This document shows, piece by piece, positions 7,821 through 16,071 of a stretch of 48,222 bases of DNA (positions are counted from its first letter, which is position 1; each line of letters starts with the position of its first letter). The stretch lies in NCBI GenBank assembly GCA_023135785.1, contig JAGLSL010000008.1, forward strand, positions 1 to 48,222, read 5' to 3'. The notes under the pieces were generated by a model. It did not search any database. It had not been told where the DNA came from and saw only the letters and a program-made list of their open reading frames with translations. This stretch comes from a bacterium. GTDB taxonomy: Bacteria; CAIJMQ01. The translations under genes were made by a program, and so were the position numbers.

Positions 7821-8453
7821 ATGGCTTTAATTCCTATAGTTATAGAACAAACAGGCAGGATGGAAAGAGCGTATGATATCTATTCGCGACTGTTGAAAGA
7901 CAGGATAATTATGTTGGGCGTTCCCATAGACGACCATATTGCCAATGTGGTAATTGCGCAACTGTTATATTTGGAATCCGAAGACCCCAAAAAAGACATA
8001 TTTCTGTATATAAATTCACCCGGCGGGTATGCAACCGCAGGATTGGCGATATATGATACTATGCAGTTTATAAAATGCGATGTGTCTACGATATGCCTAG
8101 GGCAAGCCTCTTCTGCCGCCGCATTATTGCTTCTTGCGGGGACTAAGGACAAGCGACTGTCCTTGCCGCATAGTAGAATACTTATTCATCAGCCTTCCGG
8201 CGCTGTTCAGGGACAAGCCACAGATATTGGAATCCACGCAAAGGAAATATTAACTCTAAAGGAAAAAATGAACGAACTTATTTCTCAACATACAGGTCAA
8301 TCATTAGAGAAAGTTCAAAAAGATACTGAAAGAGATTATTTTATGAATCCCGAAGAAGCTAAAAAATATGGTATCATAGACGAAATTATTTATTCTAAGA
8401 AACCCGCCTCTTCCGGCAAAAAAGATAAGGGCGAAGGAGTTAATAAAAAATGA
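7821..8453 (+). CDS. clpP: ATP-dependent Clp protease proteolytic subunit
   Basis: 210 aa. [16 protein letters not shown] and INSPGG motifs, catalytic Ser context [11 protein letters not shown], and HQP. Short Lys-rich C-terminal tail. Confidence 0.95.
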   Translation: MALIPIVIEQTGRMERAYDIYSRLLKDRIIMLGVPIDDHIANVVIAQLLYLESEDPKKDIFLYINSPGGYATAGLAIYDTMQFIKCDVSTICLGQASSAAALLLLAGTKDKRLSLPHSRILIHQPSGAVQGQATDIGIHAKEILTLKEKMNELISQHTGQSLEKVQKDTERDYFMNPEEAKKYGIIDEIIYSKKPASSGKKDKGEGVNKK

Positions 8454-8914
8454 AAACATTTATACTCAAAAAAGAAGCAGTTGAAAGAAAATGGTATTTA
8501 GTAGACGCCAAAGATGAAATCCTGGGAAGATTAGCATCAAGAATAGCCCTTGTTTTGCAAGGCAAGAATAAGCCCTCATATACTCCCAACGTTGATATGA
8601 GTGATTTTGTAGTGGTTATAAATGCGGAAAAAATAAAAGTTACGGGCAAAAAATTGCAAACCAAACAATACGAAAGACATTCAACCTATCCGAGCGGTTT
8701 AAAAATCGAAAAATTTGAAACATTGCTTAATACAAAGCCCGCAGAAGTGATAAAGAAAGCAGTTAAAAGAATGTTGCCCGTAAACAAATTAAGAGATAAA
8801 AGAATGAAGAAATTGAAAATTTACAAAGGTTCTGAACATCCGCATAAAAGTGTAAAAATAGAACCTATAAATCTTACCAAGAAAAGAACTAGTTCGGTTC
8901 TTGGTAAACCCTGA
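8450..8914 (+). CDS. rplM: 50S ribosomal protein L13
   Basis: 154 aa. [17 protein letters not shown]...GKNKP.YTP..D.GD.VVVINA is the canonical L13 N-terminus. ATGA overlap with the clpP stop. Confidence 0.95.
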   Translation: MKTFILKKEAVERKWYLVDAKDEILGRLASRIALVLQGKNKPSYTPNVDMSDFVVVINAEKIKVTGKKLQTKQYERHSTYPSGLKIEKFETLLNTKPAEVIKKAVKRMLPVNKLRDKRMKKLKIYKGSEHPHKSVKIEPINLTKKRTSSVLGKP

Positions 8915-8959
8915 ATCGTCTAAACATTATATCGGGACTGGTTTGGGGCTTACAAAATA

Positions 8960-8996
8960 CCTGCCTCGCCGAAAACGGCGATTCAAGGCGGGGAGG
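8960..8996 (+). repeat. GC-rich mini-palindrome CCTGCCTCGCC...GGCGGGGAGG in the rplM-rpsI spacer
   Basis: Same arm design as 11518-11547 (in pdxA) and 39837-39872 (in the 874-aa gene). Inner hairpin TCGCCGaaaaCGGCGA. Confidence 0.6.
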
Positions 8997-9009
8997 AGAA
9001 TTTTGTTTT

Positions 9010-9399
9010 ATGGAAAATAAAGTTAATACTACAGGAAGAAGAAAAGAAGCAGTTGCAAAAGTTTTTCTTTCCTTGGGAACAGGCAATATCGTCATAAACG
9101 GCAAAAGATTGGACGAATATTTCCCACTATCGAACCTTCAGGCAAGAGTTCTTGCCCCACTTGAAGTTACTGAAAATCTAAAGCTATATGATGTAAAAAT
9201 TAAGGTGCTCGGTGGAGGTATTTCAGGACAAGCCGGTGCAGCTGCGCTTGGTATTGCCCGCGCCCTAGTTGAAACAGACGAAAAATTTAGAGCTACGCTT
9301 AAGAAAAAAGGCTTATTAAAAAGAGATCCTCGAATGGTAGAGAGAAAAAAATATGGCCGAAGAAAAGCTCGTAAAAGCCCCCAATACTCCAAACGATAA
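9010..9399 (+). CDS. rpsI: 30S ribosomal protein S9
   Basis: 129 aa. GRRKEAVA...GGG.SGQAGA...GIARAL, ending in RRKARKSPQYSKR. Confidence 0.95.
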   Translation: MENKVNTTGRRKEAVAKVFLSLGTGNIVINGKRLDEYFPLSNLQARVLAPLEVTENLKLYDVKIKVLGGGISGQAGAAALGIARALVETDEKFRATLKKKGLLKRDPRMVERKKYGRRKARKSPQYSKR

Positions 9400-9673
9400 A
9401 GGGGAAATTGTTGTTGTTAGTGTTCTCGGTAATGAAATTAGATTAAGAACACAAGCCGGTTCGGATTATATTCATAAGTTAACCGAAGATATTGAAAACA
9501 GAATAAAATGCTGTATGAGCGATTCGGGCATTATGTCTTCCCTGAAAGCGGTGATTTTAGTATGCCTTGACCTTGCGGACGAATTGGAAAAGCAAAAGAA
9601 ACAGCATTCCAAAAAAGACAAGTCTTGTGAAGAAAGAATAGATAAACTAATCAATAAAATTTCCGCAGTTTAA
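9353..9673 (+). CDS. zapA: cell division protein ZapA
   Basis: 106 aa. V.VLGNEIRLRT....DYIHKLTEDIENRI....S....KAVILVCLDLADEL fits the ZapA pattern. The only in-frame ATG overlaps rpsI by 47 nt. Confidence 0.6.
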   Translation: MAEEKLVKAPNTPNDKGEIVVVSVLGNEIRLRTQAGSDYIHKLTEDIENRIKCCMSDSGIMSSLKAVILVCLDLADELEKQKKQHSKKDKSCEERIDKLINKISAV

Positions 9674-9798
9674 TTCTAACGCATAGAAATGCGTTAGAAT
9701 TACCCCGCAGAGTATCGAAAAAATATCGAAGACCCAGGGTATTATTAACAATGGGGCGAGAGATTTTTTTGATGTTTTACGATACGGGGTTTCGTTGA
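9672..9798 (+). repeat. 127-bp direct repeat, copy A (30-bp palindrome AATTCTAACGCAtagaaaTGCGTTAGAATT plus an ACCCCG...CGGGGT unit at 9702-9790)
   Basis: Base-for-base identical to 10193-10319. Begins inside the zapA stop codon. Confidence 0.9.
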
Positions 9799-9818
9799 AA
9801 TAGAAATACGTTCCGTTT

Positions 9819-9973
9819 ACCCCGTTTAGAGATTTTACGTCGAATAGAACCCTTTACTTAAATAGAAGTATAAAAGGTAATTACGGAAGAAAATTTTTAC
9901 GAATAAGTTACACTCCGACAACGATACGCCGGAGTTATCCCCGCCTTGCCGTCGAGACAGGTCTAACAGGGGT
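9819..9973 (+). repeat. degenerate ACCCCGTTTAGAGAT...GTCTAACAGGGGT element
   Basis: Arms related to the 19881 and 22676 elements. An internal hairpin (CTCCGacaacgatacgcCGGAG) precedes the right arm. The right arm abuts the -35 box of the 6S-like RNA promoter. Confidence 0.5.
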
Positions 9974-10000
9974 TTACAATCCAATTTTGCGTGTTATAAT
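9973..10000 (+). promoter_or_regulatory. strong sigma-70-type promoter: TTTACA-N16-TGT-TATAAT (extended -10)
   Basis: TTTACA at 9973-9978, TG at 9992-9993, TATAAT at 9995-10000. A G at 10008 lies 7-8 nt downstream. Confidence 0.6.
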
Positions 10001-10007
10001 AAGTCAA

Positions 10008-10187
10008 GGCTCTGGGATATACGTGATGGAATAAATGGAATCTTGAGCCAAATAGTTAAAAAGGGAATTCTACTTTGGGTAAAGCGTGTACGTCCCGATG
10101 TAATGTCGGGAAAACACAAACTATTCAAGGGAATACCCACTTTGTAAAGCAGCTTTAAGATTCCTGTCCCACACGGTATCTTGGGGC
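10008..10187 (+). ncRNA. ssrS: candidate 6S RNA
   Basis: 180 nt starting 7-8 nt after a near-consensus promoter. The 5' end GCUCUGGGAUAUACGUG pairs with the 3' end CACACGGUAUCUUGGGGC, followed by UUUUU. A second helix forms between GGAAUCUU and AAGAUUCC. The centre is largely unpaired, and the apical hairpin is GUGU-acg-UCCCGAuguaaugUCGGGA-aa-ACAC. UGAGCC on the 5' side and UUCAAGGG on the 3' side resemble elements I recall in E. coli 6S RNA. Location downstream of zapA matches the E. coli zapA-ssrS arrangement. Confidence 0.55.
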
Positions 10188-10192
10188 TTTTT

Positions 10193-10319
10193 AATTCTAA
10201 CGCATAGAAATGCGTTAGAATTACCCCGCAGAGTATCGAAAAAATATCGAAGACCCAGGGTATTATTAACAATGGGGCGAGAGATTTTTTTGATGTTTTA
10301 CGATACGGGGTTTCGTTGA
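10193..10319 (+). repeat. 127-bp direct repeat, copy B
   Basis: Identical to 9672-9798. Followed at 10321-10339 by half of the TGCGTTAGAATT palindrome and then another unit. Confidence 0.9.
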
Positions 10320-10339
10320 TATAGAAATGCGTTAGAATT

Positions 10340-10426
10340 ACCCCGCAGAGTATCGGAAAATTTCCACGAGGAAATTTCTGTAAAAATGTCTGTTGGAGAT
10401 TTTTTCGATAGTTTACGATACGGGGT
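10340..10426 (+). repeat. ACCCCGCAGAGTATCGG...TTTACGATACGGGGT unit (near-copy of 6243-6328)
   Basis: Same interior as unit 2 of the array after tRNA-Gly, including the hairpin GAAATTTCCacgaGGAAATTTC, with 1-2 differences. Confidence 0.85.
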
Positions 10427-10536
10427 GATTAAATTCTTCATTCCTTTAAATACAATTTCAAAAATCAAATTATAAAGTGTAGAATAGTACGCTTACTAAT
10501 GAGAGCACTTTATACTTAACATTTCATACGTGAGCT

Positions 10537-10681
10537 GTCATTCCTGCATGTAGTAAGCAGGAATCCAGTCTTTCGTCATGAATAGATTCGTCCCCAAGTG
10601 TTTCTATTGGGGATAAAAATCCCCGATTACTGCATTCGGGGGCAGGCTATTCGGGAATGACAAAAGAGGGGCGGGAATGAC
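10537..10681. repeat. GTCATTCC...GGGAATGAC palindromic element with internal hairpins
   Basis: Left end GTCATTCCTGCatgtagtaaGCAGGAATCC. Right end CGGGAATGACA occurs twice (10653-10661 and 10673-10681). Internal hairpin TCCCCAagtgtttctaTTGGGGA. Confidence 0.7.
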
Positions 10682-10746
10682 ACACAATGTAAAGTACTTT
10701 CTGTCCTCCTTAGTAATATCAATAGTATTAACATATAAAAAAATAT

Positions 10747-11763
10747 ATGCTGCCAATTATTGGAATAACGATGGGCGACCCTGCCGGAATAGGCGGAGAA
10801 ATTATCATAAAATCTCTCAAACAAAAAGCCCTGCGCTCAAAGTATTGTCCCGTTATTATCGGTGATTTTTCCTATTTGAAACTCCTCATAAAAAAACTTT
10901 CTAGTCCCTTAAAAATAACCAGTATAAATAAAATTAAAGACAGAAAATCCTTACCCATTGACGCAGTCCCCATAATTGACCTGAAAAATTTGGAAAATAA
11001 AAAAATAAAGTTTGGAATATGTGACACTGGTTGCGGGAAAGCTTCTTACGAATATATAGCCAAAGCCATAGAATTAGCTTCTTACGGATTTATTGACGCG
11101 ATTGTTACAGCCCCCATAAACAAAGAAAGTTTTCATAAAGCACATATACCTTATACCGGACATACGGAAATGTTGGCTAAACTTACAAAAACGAAAAATT
11201 TCGCAATGATGCTCGTAGGCGGAAAATTAAGAGTCGTATTAGTGACAAGACATATCCCCATTAAAAATGTTTCAAAAAAATTAACTGAAGAAAAAGTTTT
11301 CACAGCTATAAAACTTGCCCACAATGCAGGTAAATATTTCAATATCACTAAACCAATAATAGGCATCTGTGGACTTAATCCTCATAGCGGCGAAGGTGGA
11401 ACTATAGGAGATGAAGAGATTAAAATAATTATACCCGCAATCAAGAAATCCAAAAAAACGGGAATAAACGCGATGGGACCATATGCTTCGGATACTATTT
11501 TTTATAAAGCTTTAAAACCTGCCCGCCAAAGTTTGTCAGGCGGGGGAAACTATGATTTTGTTGTTGCAATGTTCCACGACCAAGGACTTATACCTTTAAA
11601 AGCGCTTTATTTTGACGAAGGGGTAAACGTTACCTTGGGATTGCCTTTTATCCGAACCTCGCCCGACCACGGTACGGCTTATGATATTGCAGGAAAAGGC
11701 ATCGCAAATCCTAAAAGTATGCAGGAAGCGATAAAATTAGCTGTAAAAATGAGCCGTATTTAA
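10747..11763 (+). CDS. pdxA: 4-hydroxythreonine-4-phosphate dehydrogenase
   Basis: 338 aa. GITMGDPAGIGGEII, GHTEMLA, MFHDQGLIPLK and LPFIRTSPDHGTAYDIAGKG motifs. Confidence 0.9.
   Translation: MLPIIGITMGDPAGIGGEIIIKSLKQKALRSKYCPVIIGDFSYLKLLIKKLSSPLKITSINKIKDRKSLPIDAVPIIDLKNLENKKIKFGICDTGCGKASYEYIAKAIELASYGFIDAIVTAPINKESFHKAHIPYTGHTEMLAKLTKTKNFAMMLVGGKLRVVLVTRHIPIKNVSKKLTEEKVFTAIKLAHNAGKYFNITKPIIGICGLNPHSGEGGTIGDEEIKIIIPAIKKSKKTGINAMGPYASDTIFYKALKPARQSLSGGGNYDFVVAMFHDQGLIPLKALYFDEGVNVTLGLPFIRTSPDHGTAYDIAGKGIANPKSMQEAIKLAVKMSRI
11518..11547 (+). repeat. GC-rich mini-palindrome CCTGCCCGCCaaagtttgtcaGGCGGGGGA, in frame inside pdxA
   Basis: Encodes PARQSLSGGG in a loop that, from my memory of E. 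coli PdxA, is about 9 aa longer here (between DT.F and AM.HDQGL). Confidence 0.6.
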
Positions 11764-11789
11764 AATAAAATTTACAAATTTAACTTTTA

Positions 11790-12614
11790 TCAGAAAGACT
11801 GAATTTTCTTCCTGATTTTCTTAATCATCCAAGGCGGAGTAGATGCTCCTGCGGTTATTCCGACTTTTTGAAAATTTTTAAACCATTCTTTCTTAAGTTC
11901 AGATTCGTCTTCAACCTGACAAGCGCGTTTCTTATTTTTTATACATAGTTCCAGCAACTGTCGTGTATTGGCGCTATTATGTCCGCCTATTATTATCATT
12001 ATATCCACATCCTTTAAAAGTTTTAGCGTAGATGTTTGTCTTTTTCTGGTGGCGTCACAGATAGTATTTATTACCTTGATCTCTTTGGAGCATTTTGATG
12101 CTTTTAAAACAACCTGTTGAAAAATATTCTCACTCATTGTGGTTTGAGCTACTACTCCGCAGGAACCAATAGATTTGTTTTGTAATTCTGATTTATCTTT
12201 TACCACAATCACATTACCCTGCAAGAACGGTAATATACCTCTAATTTCAGGATGTTTCTTGTCCCCGACTATTATTAATTGTTCACACATCTTGCTAAGT
12301 TTGATAGCTTCATCCCGGGCTTTTTTTACGAAAGGACAAGTCGCATCAATAATTTTTTTTACTCTCGGTTTTATTTTCTTAAGCACTTCAGGAGAAATGC
12401 CATGTGAAGGAATAATTACTATTTCATTATCTATTTTTTCAAAATTCTCTATGACTACAATGCCTTTGTTTTCCATTTTTCGGACCATAGGAGGATTATG
12501 TATTAAAGCGCCCAGTGTGTAAACCTGTCCATTTTTAGCCGCATCTAAAGCTATTTTTACGGCTCTTTTTACACCGAAACAGAAGCCTGCATTCTTAGCA
12601 ACAATTATTTTCAT
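11790..12614 (-). CDS. ispH: 4-hydroxy-3-methylbut-2-enyl diphosphate reductase
   Basis: 274 aa. MKIIVAKNAGFCFGVKRAV, ATCPFV and the third Cys context TICDAT, then IIIGG.NS.NT. Confidence 0.9.
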   Translation of the reverse strand: MKIIVAKNAGFCFGVKRAVKIALDAAKNGQVYTLGALIHNPPMVRKMENKGIVVIENFEKIDNEIVIIPSHGISPEVLKKIKPRVKKIIDATCPFVKKARDEAIKLSKMCEQLIIVGDKKHPEIRGILPFLQGNVIVVKDKSELQNKSIGSCGVVAQTTMSENIFQQVVLKASKCSKEIKVINTICDATRKRQTSTLKLLKDVDIMIIIGGHNSANTRQLLELCIKNKKRACQVEDESELKKEWFKNFQKVGITAGASTPPWMIKKIRKKIQSF

Positions 12615-12627
12615 TTTATTAACTGAC

Positions 12628-12720
12628 TGTCATTGCGAGCCCAAACATAGTGAAGGCGTGGCAATCTAAAAATGAGATTGCTTCGTCGTCCCGCTTTCAG
12701 CGGAGCTTCTCGCAATGACA
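12628..12720. repeat. TGTCATTGCGAG...CTCGCAATGACA palindromic element
   Basis: 12-bp perfect terminal inverted repeats. Internal hairpins GCAATCTaaaaatgAGATTGC and CCGCTttcAGCGG. Confidence 0.8.
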
Positions 12721-12724
12721 AGCA

Positions 12725-13150
12725 TTAAGTGTTACTTTCATTTTTATTCTTTAAGATTCTCGAAATGGAAGGTAATGTATCTTTGTTTATCTGATTTAAT
12801 TTTTTCTCGTATACAAACAATGCATAGAAAGTTAAAACAAAAGTGATGCCCCCTGCTATGGCAGAGACAATTTCACTGCGGCTTATGCCCCATAGGATTA
12901 AATATCCGATTAAAAAAGTCATTATCGGTAAAATAAAAACAAGGAAACTCAATTTGGAAATCATACCCTCGGAAATAAATATTTCCACTTCGTTTCCAAT
13001 TTTGGCTCCAATATCATTGTCAGCAGTTAGCGTCCTTTGCCCTTCATCATCAAGCATACAAATTCTACATTTATCGCAATGTTCAGAAGCGCTTAAAAGC
13101 ACAACTGCCCTATTTTCTTCTATCTTTATAACTTTCCCTATTTCAATCAT
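12725..13150 (-). CDS. RseC/MucC-family (SoxR-reducing system) membrane protein
   Basis: 141 aa. N-terminal beta domain with CDKCRIC, followed by two TM helices, which is the typical RseC layout. Confidence 0.6.
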   Translation of the reverse strand: MIEIGKVIKIEENRAVVLLSASEHCDKCRICMLDDEGQRTLTADNDIGAKIGNEVEIFISEGMISKLSFLVFILPIMTFLIGYLILWGISRSEIVSAIAGGITFVLTFYALFVYEKKLNQINKDTLPSISRILKNKNESNT

Positions 13151-13331
13151 ATGACTATCATTTTAGGTAAAGCACACCGAGTTGGCAAATAAAAATTCAG
13201 AATTCTTCCCAAAGAAAATCTAATAGTGTATTATATACAATCTAATCGCATATAAGTGCGTTTAGATTATCCCGCTGAATGCGGGACTAAAGAAAACCAC
13301 AGCAGAAGAAAGAAGATTAAGGAAAGTTTAT

Positions 13332-13964
13332 ATGAGCGATTTAAATAAAATAGCGGAAAATGTAATTAGCGGCAAAGCCGAGGATGTGAAAAACTTAGTC
13401 CAGCAAGCGTTAGATGAAAATATCCCTCCAAAAAAAATATTGGATGAAGGATTGATTGCGGGGATGAATATCGTAGGACAAAAATTTAAAAATAACGATT
13501 TTTATATTCCGGAAGTGCTTATTGCGGCAAGAGCTATGCATAGCGGAATGGATGTGTTAAAACCAAGTCTTGTGAAATCAGGAGTAAAACCAATAGCAAA
13601 AATTGCAATCGGCACAGTAAAAGGCGACTTGCACGATATCGGAAAAAATCTCGTCACAATGATGCTTCAGGGCGCGGGTTTTGAAATAAATGATTTGGGT
13701 ATCGATGTCCCCCCGCAGAAATTTATTGAAGCAGTCAAACAAGGTATTCAAATTATAGGATTAAGCGCCCTTCTTACTACAACAATGCCGTCTATGAAAG
13801 AGATAGTTGATACTTTTAAAAAAGAGGGATTAAGAGATAAAGTTAAAATTATGGTGGGAGGAGCGCCCTTAACCCAGGAATATGCCGACGAGATAGGAGC
13901 TGATGGTTTCGCCTCCGATGCCGCATCTGCCGTAGATAAAGCAAAAGAATTGCTTAAGTTATAA
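13332..13964 (+). CDS. cobalamin-binding (corrinoid) protein, methyltransferase-cognate type
   Basis: 210 aa. Helical cap followed by a B12-binding Rossmann domain with the DxHxxG (DLHDIGKN), SxL (SALLTTT) and GG (VGGAP) motifs. Confidence 0.8.
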   Translation: MSDLNKIAENVISGKAEDVKNLVQQALDENIPPKKILDEGLIAGMNIVGQKFKNNDFYIPEVLIAARAMHSGMDVLKPSLVKSGVKPIAKIAIGTVKGDLHDIGKNLVTMMLQGAGFEINDLGIDVPPQKFIEAVKQGIQIIGLSALLTTTMPSMKEIVDTFKKEGLRDKVKIMVGGAPLTQEYADEIGADGFASDAASAVDKAKELLKL

Positions 13965-14023
13965 GTTATTTTATAATCCCGCAATCTGAATGATAATTTT
14001 TTCATCTTCAACGAAAAAATCAG

Positions 14024-14097
14024 CGTCCCCAGGAGGAGTCGAACCTCCAACCTACGGATCCGAAGTCCGTTGCTCTATCCAGTTGAGCTATGGGGAC
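14024..14097 (-). tRNA. tRNA-Arg (anticodon TCG)
   Basis: The reverse complement folds as GTCCCCA-TA-GCTC-AACTGGATA-GAGC-A-ACGGA-CTTCGGA-TCCGT-AGGTT-GGAGG-TTCGACT-CCTCC-TGGGGAC-G. Confidence 0.9.
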
Positions 14098-14142
14098 AAA
14101 AACATCACATACGTTAAGATAAAAAAGTTTTGGGTTTTGCAA

Positions 14143-15210
14143 CTATAACCATTTTTTACGCCTGAAGTAGAGCATCATTAAACCGGCAACACCAGCCATT
14201 ATTAACAAAACAAAAGGGTAGCCCAATTTCCACCCAAGCTCCGGCATAAACCGAAAATTCATTCCATAAACTCCCGCAATAAATGTCAACGGAATAAATA
14301 TGGTCGCAATGATTGTGAGCACTTTCATGACTTCGTTCATTCTATTGCTTATACTCGAAAGATAAATATCAAGCATTCCAGAAAGCATATCCCTAAATGT
14401 TTCTACGGAATCAATTACCTGAATGGTATGGTCGTAAACATCCCTCAAATATACCATTGTGGTTTTATAGATAAGCTTTGATTCTCCTCTTTGCATATTG
14501 CTTATTATTTCTCTTAACGGCCAAATAGATTTACGCAGTGACATCATCTCTCTTTTTAAGTTATGAATTTTCTGTGCGGTTTTTGTTGTCGGCTCCAGCA
14601 TAACCTCATCTTCTAAAGACTCGGTTTTTTCGCCCAATTTTTCAAGAATAAGAAAATATCCGTCAACTATGGCATCTATTAATGAATAGGCAAGATAGTC
14701 GGACTTCATTTTTCTTATTTTCCCTTTATTTGTTCTGATTCTTCCTCTGATTGAGTTAAAAATATCCCCTTCAGCTTCTTGAAACGAAATAACAAAATTA
14801 GAACCAAAAACAATGCTTACTTGTTCCTCTTTTATTCCGTTATTTTTTTCATTCTGATAAAGCATTTTCAAAACTATAAAAATATGTTCCGGGAAATCCT
14901 CTATTTTAGGGCGTTGAGATGTGTTAACAATATCTTCCAAAATTAAAGAATGAAGATTAAAGTGCTCCCCAACTTTTCGTATAAGGTCAAGATTATGTAT
15001 GCCGTCTATGTTTATCCAGGTTACAGTAGGCTTATCCCTGTATGGGAAAGCTTCCTCGATAGTTTTTACTTCCTTTTCTTCAAAAGTTTTTTCGTCATAA
15101 TCAAAAATCGTTATCCTTACCTTTGCATCCCTTTCTTCGCCTATGTGCACCAAAGTTCCCGGCGGCAGTCCAACCATTTCAGAACTTTTTTTAGTAGATT
15201 TCCAAAACAT
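14143..15210 (-). CDS. corA: magnesium/cobalt transporter CorA
   Basis: 355 aa from MFWKSTKK, with RBS AAGAGGTG upstream. YGMNF signature and two C-terminal TM helices. The longer ORF-track start at 15258 lacks an RBS. Confidence 0.9.
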   Translation of the reverse strand: MFWKSTKKSSEMVGLPPGTLVHIGEERDAKVRITIFDYDEKTFEEKEVKTIEEAFPYRDKPTVTWINIDGIHNLDLIRKVGEHFNLHSLILEDIVNTSQRPKIEDFPEHIFIVLKMLYQNEKNNGIKEEQVSIVFGSNFVISFQEAEGDIFNSIRGRIRTNKGKIRKMKSDYLAYSLIDAIVDGYFLILEKLGEKTESLEDEVMLEPTTKTAQKIHNLKREMMSLRKSIWPLREIISNMQRGESKLIYKTTMVYLRDVYDHTIQVIDSVETFRDMLSGMLDIYLSSISNRMNEVMKVLTIIATIFIPLTFIAGVYGMNFRFMPELGWKLGYPFVLLIMAGVAGLMMLYFRRKKWL

Positions 15211-15433
15211 TTTCACCTCTTTTCGTTTGCATTTATTACCAATCTTTATATACCTCAAAACTCGCTTTGGTTTTATTTATACTAAATCGCAGGCAAGCTG
15301 TCAAAATTGTCACCTTGAGCAAAATCTTGTAAAAAATATTTTAGAGGATATGCTAATAATTTATCAGCTGTAGATATATAGAATCCTAAGCAGATATGAT
15401 AAAATTCACCAGTAACACTTGAAAGGAGCTATT

Positions 15434-16069
15434 ATGAGCGTCGAAGTTGAAAAATTATGCGAGCGATATCCTGACTTAATTGCCTGCAGAAAAGATATCG
15501 AATCTGCAATAGACACAATAAAGGGATGTTATGAAAACAATAATAAAGTATTAACTTGCGGAAACGGCGGAAGCGCAGCCGATGCTGAACATATAGTAGG
15601 CGAATTAATGAAGGGGTCTCGTAAGAAAAGGAAGGTTTCAAGTGTTTTTTCTGAAAAAATAAAAGGATTTTATCCGCAAGAGTGTGAACAATTATGCGAC
15701 AACCTCCAAACTCCGCTGCCTGCGGTTGCGCTCACTTCTCATTTATCTTTTACAACAGCTTTTAACAATGATATGAATCCGGAGTTTACTTTTACACAGC
15801 AACTTTTTGGGCTTGGGAAAGAGGGAGATGTTTTAATAGCATTGTCCACTTCCGGAAATGCAAAAAATGTTATCAATGCTTGCAAACTGGCAAAAGTTCT
15901 GGGTATAAAAACTGTCGCTTTAACAGGAAGAGACGGGGGGAGGCTTAAAGATATATGCGATATTGTTATACGTGTTCCGGAGGATGAAACATTTCTTATT
16001 CAGGAATACCACCTACCTATTTATCACGCAATATGTTCTGCAATAGAGAATGAATTTTTCGAGGAATAG
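15434..16069 (+). CDS. SIS-domain sugar-phosphate isomerase (GmhA-like phosphoheptose isomerase)
   Basis: 211 aa from the ATG at 15434, preceded by AAAGGAG. CGNGGSAADAEH and STSGN motifs. Confidence 0.65.
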   Translation: MSVEVEKLCERYPDLIACRKDIESAIDTIKGCYENNNKVLTCGNGGSAADAEHIVGELMKGSRKKRKVSSVFSEKIKGFYPQECEQLCDNLQTPLPAVALTSHLSFTTAFNNDMNPEFTFTQQLFGLGKEGDVLIALSTSGNAKNVINACKLAKVLGIKTVALTGRDGGRLKDICDIVIRVPEDETFLIQEYHLPIYHAICSAIENEFFEE

Positions 16070-16071
16070 TT

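Noticed and set aside
7821-8453. Missing clpX after tig-clpP as an anomaly
   Set aside because: clpX is often encoded elsewhere, and nothing in the sequence suggests a deletion scar beyond the ATGA junction with rplM.
13151-13331. Cobalamin riboswitch upstream of the corrinoid protein gene
   Set aside because: No B12-box-like GCCACTG core or multi-stem architecture is present. The region holds only short repeat-family hairpins.
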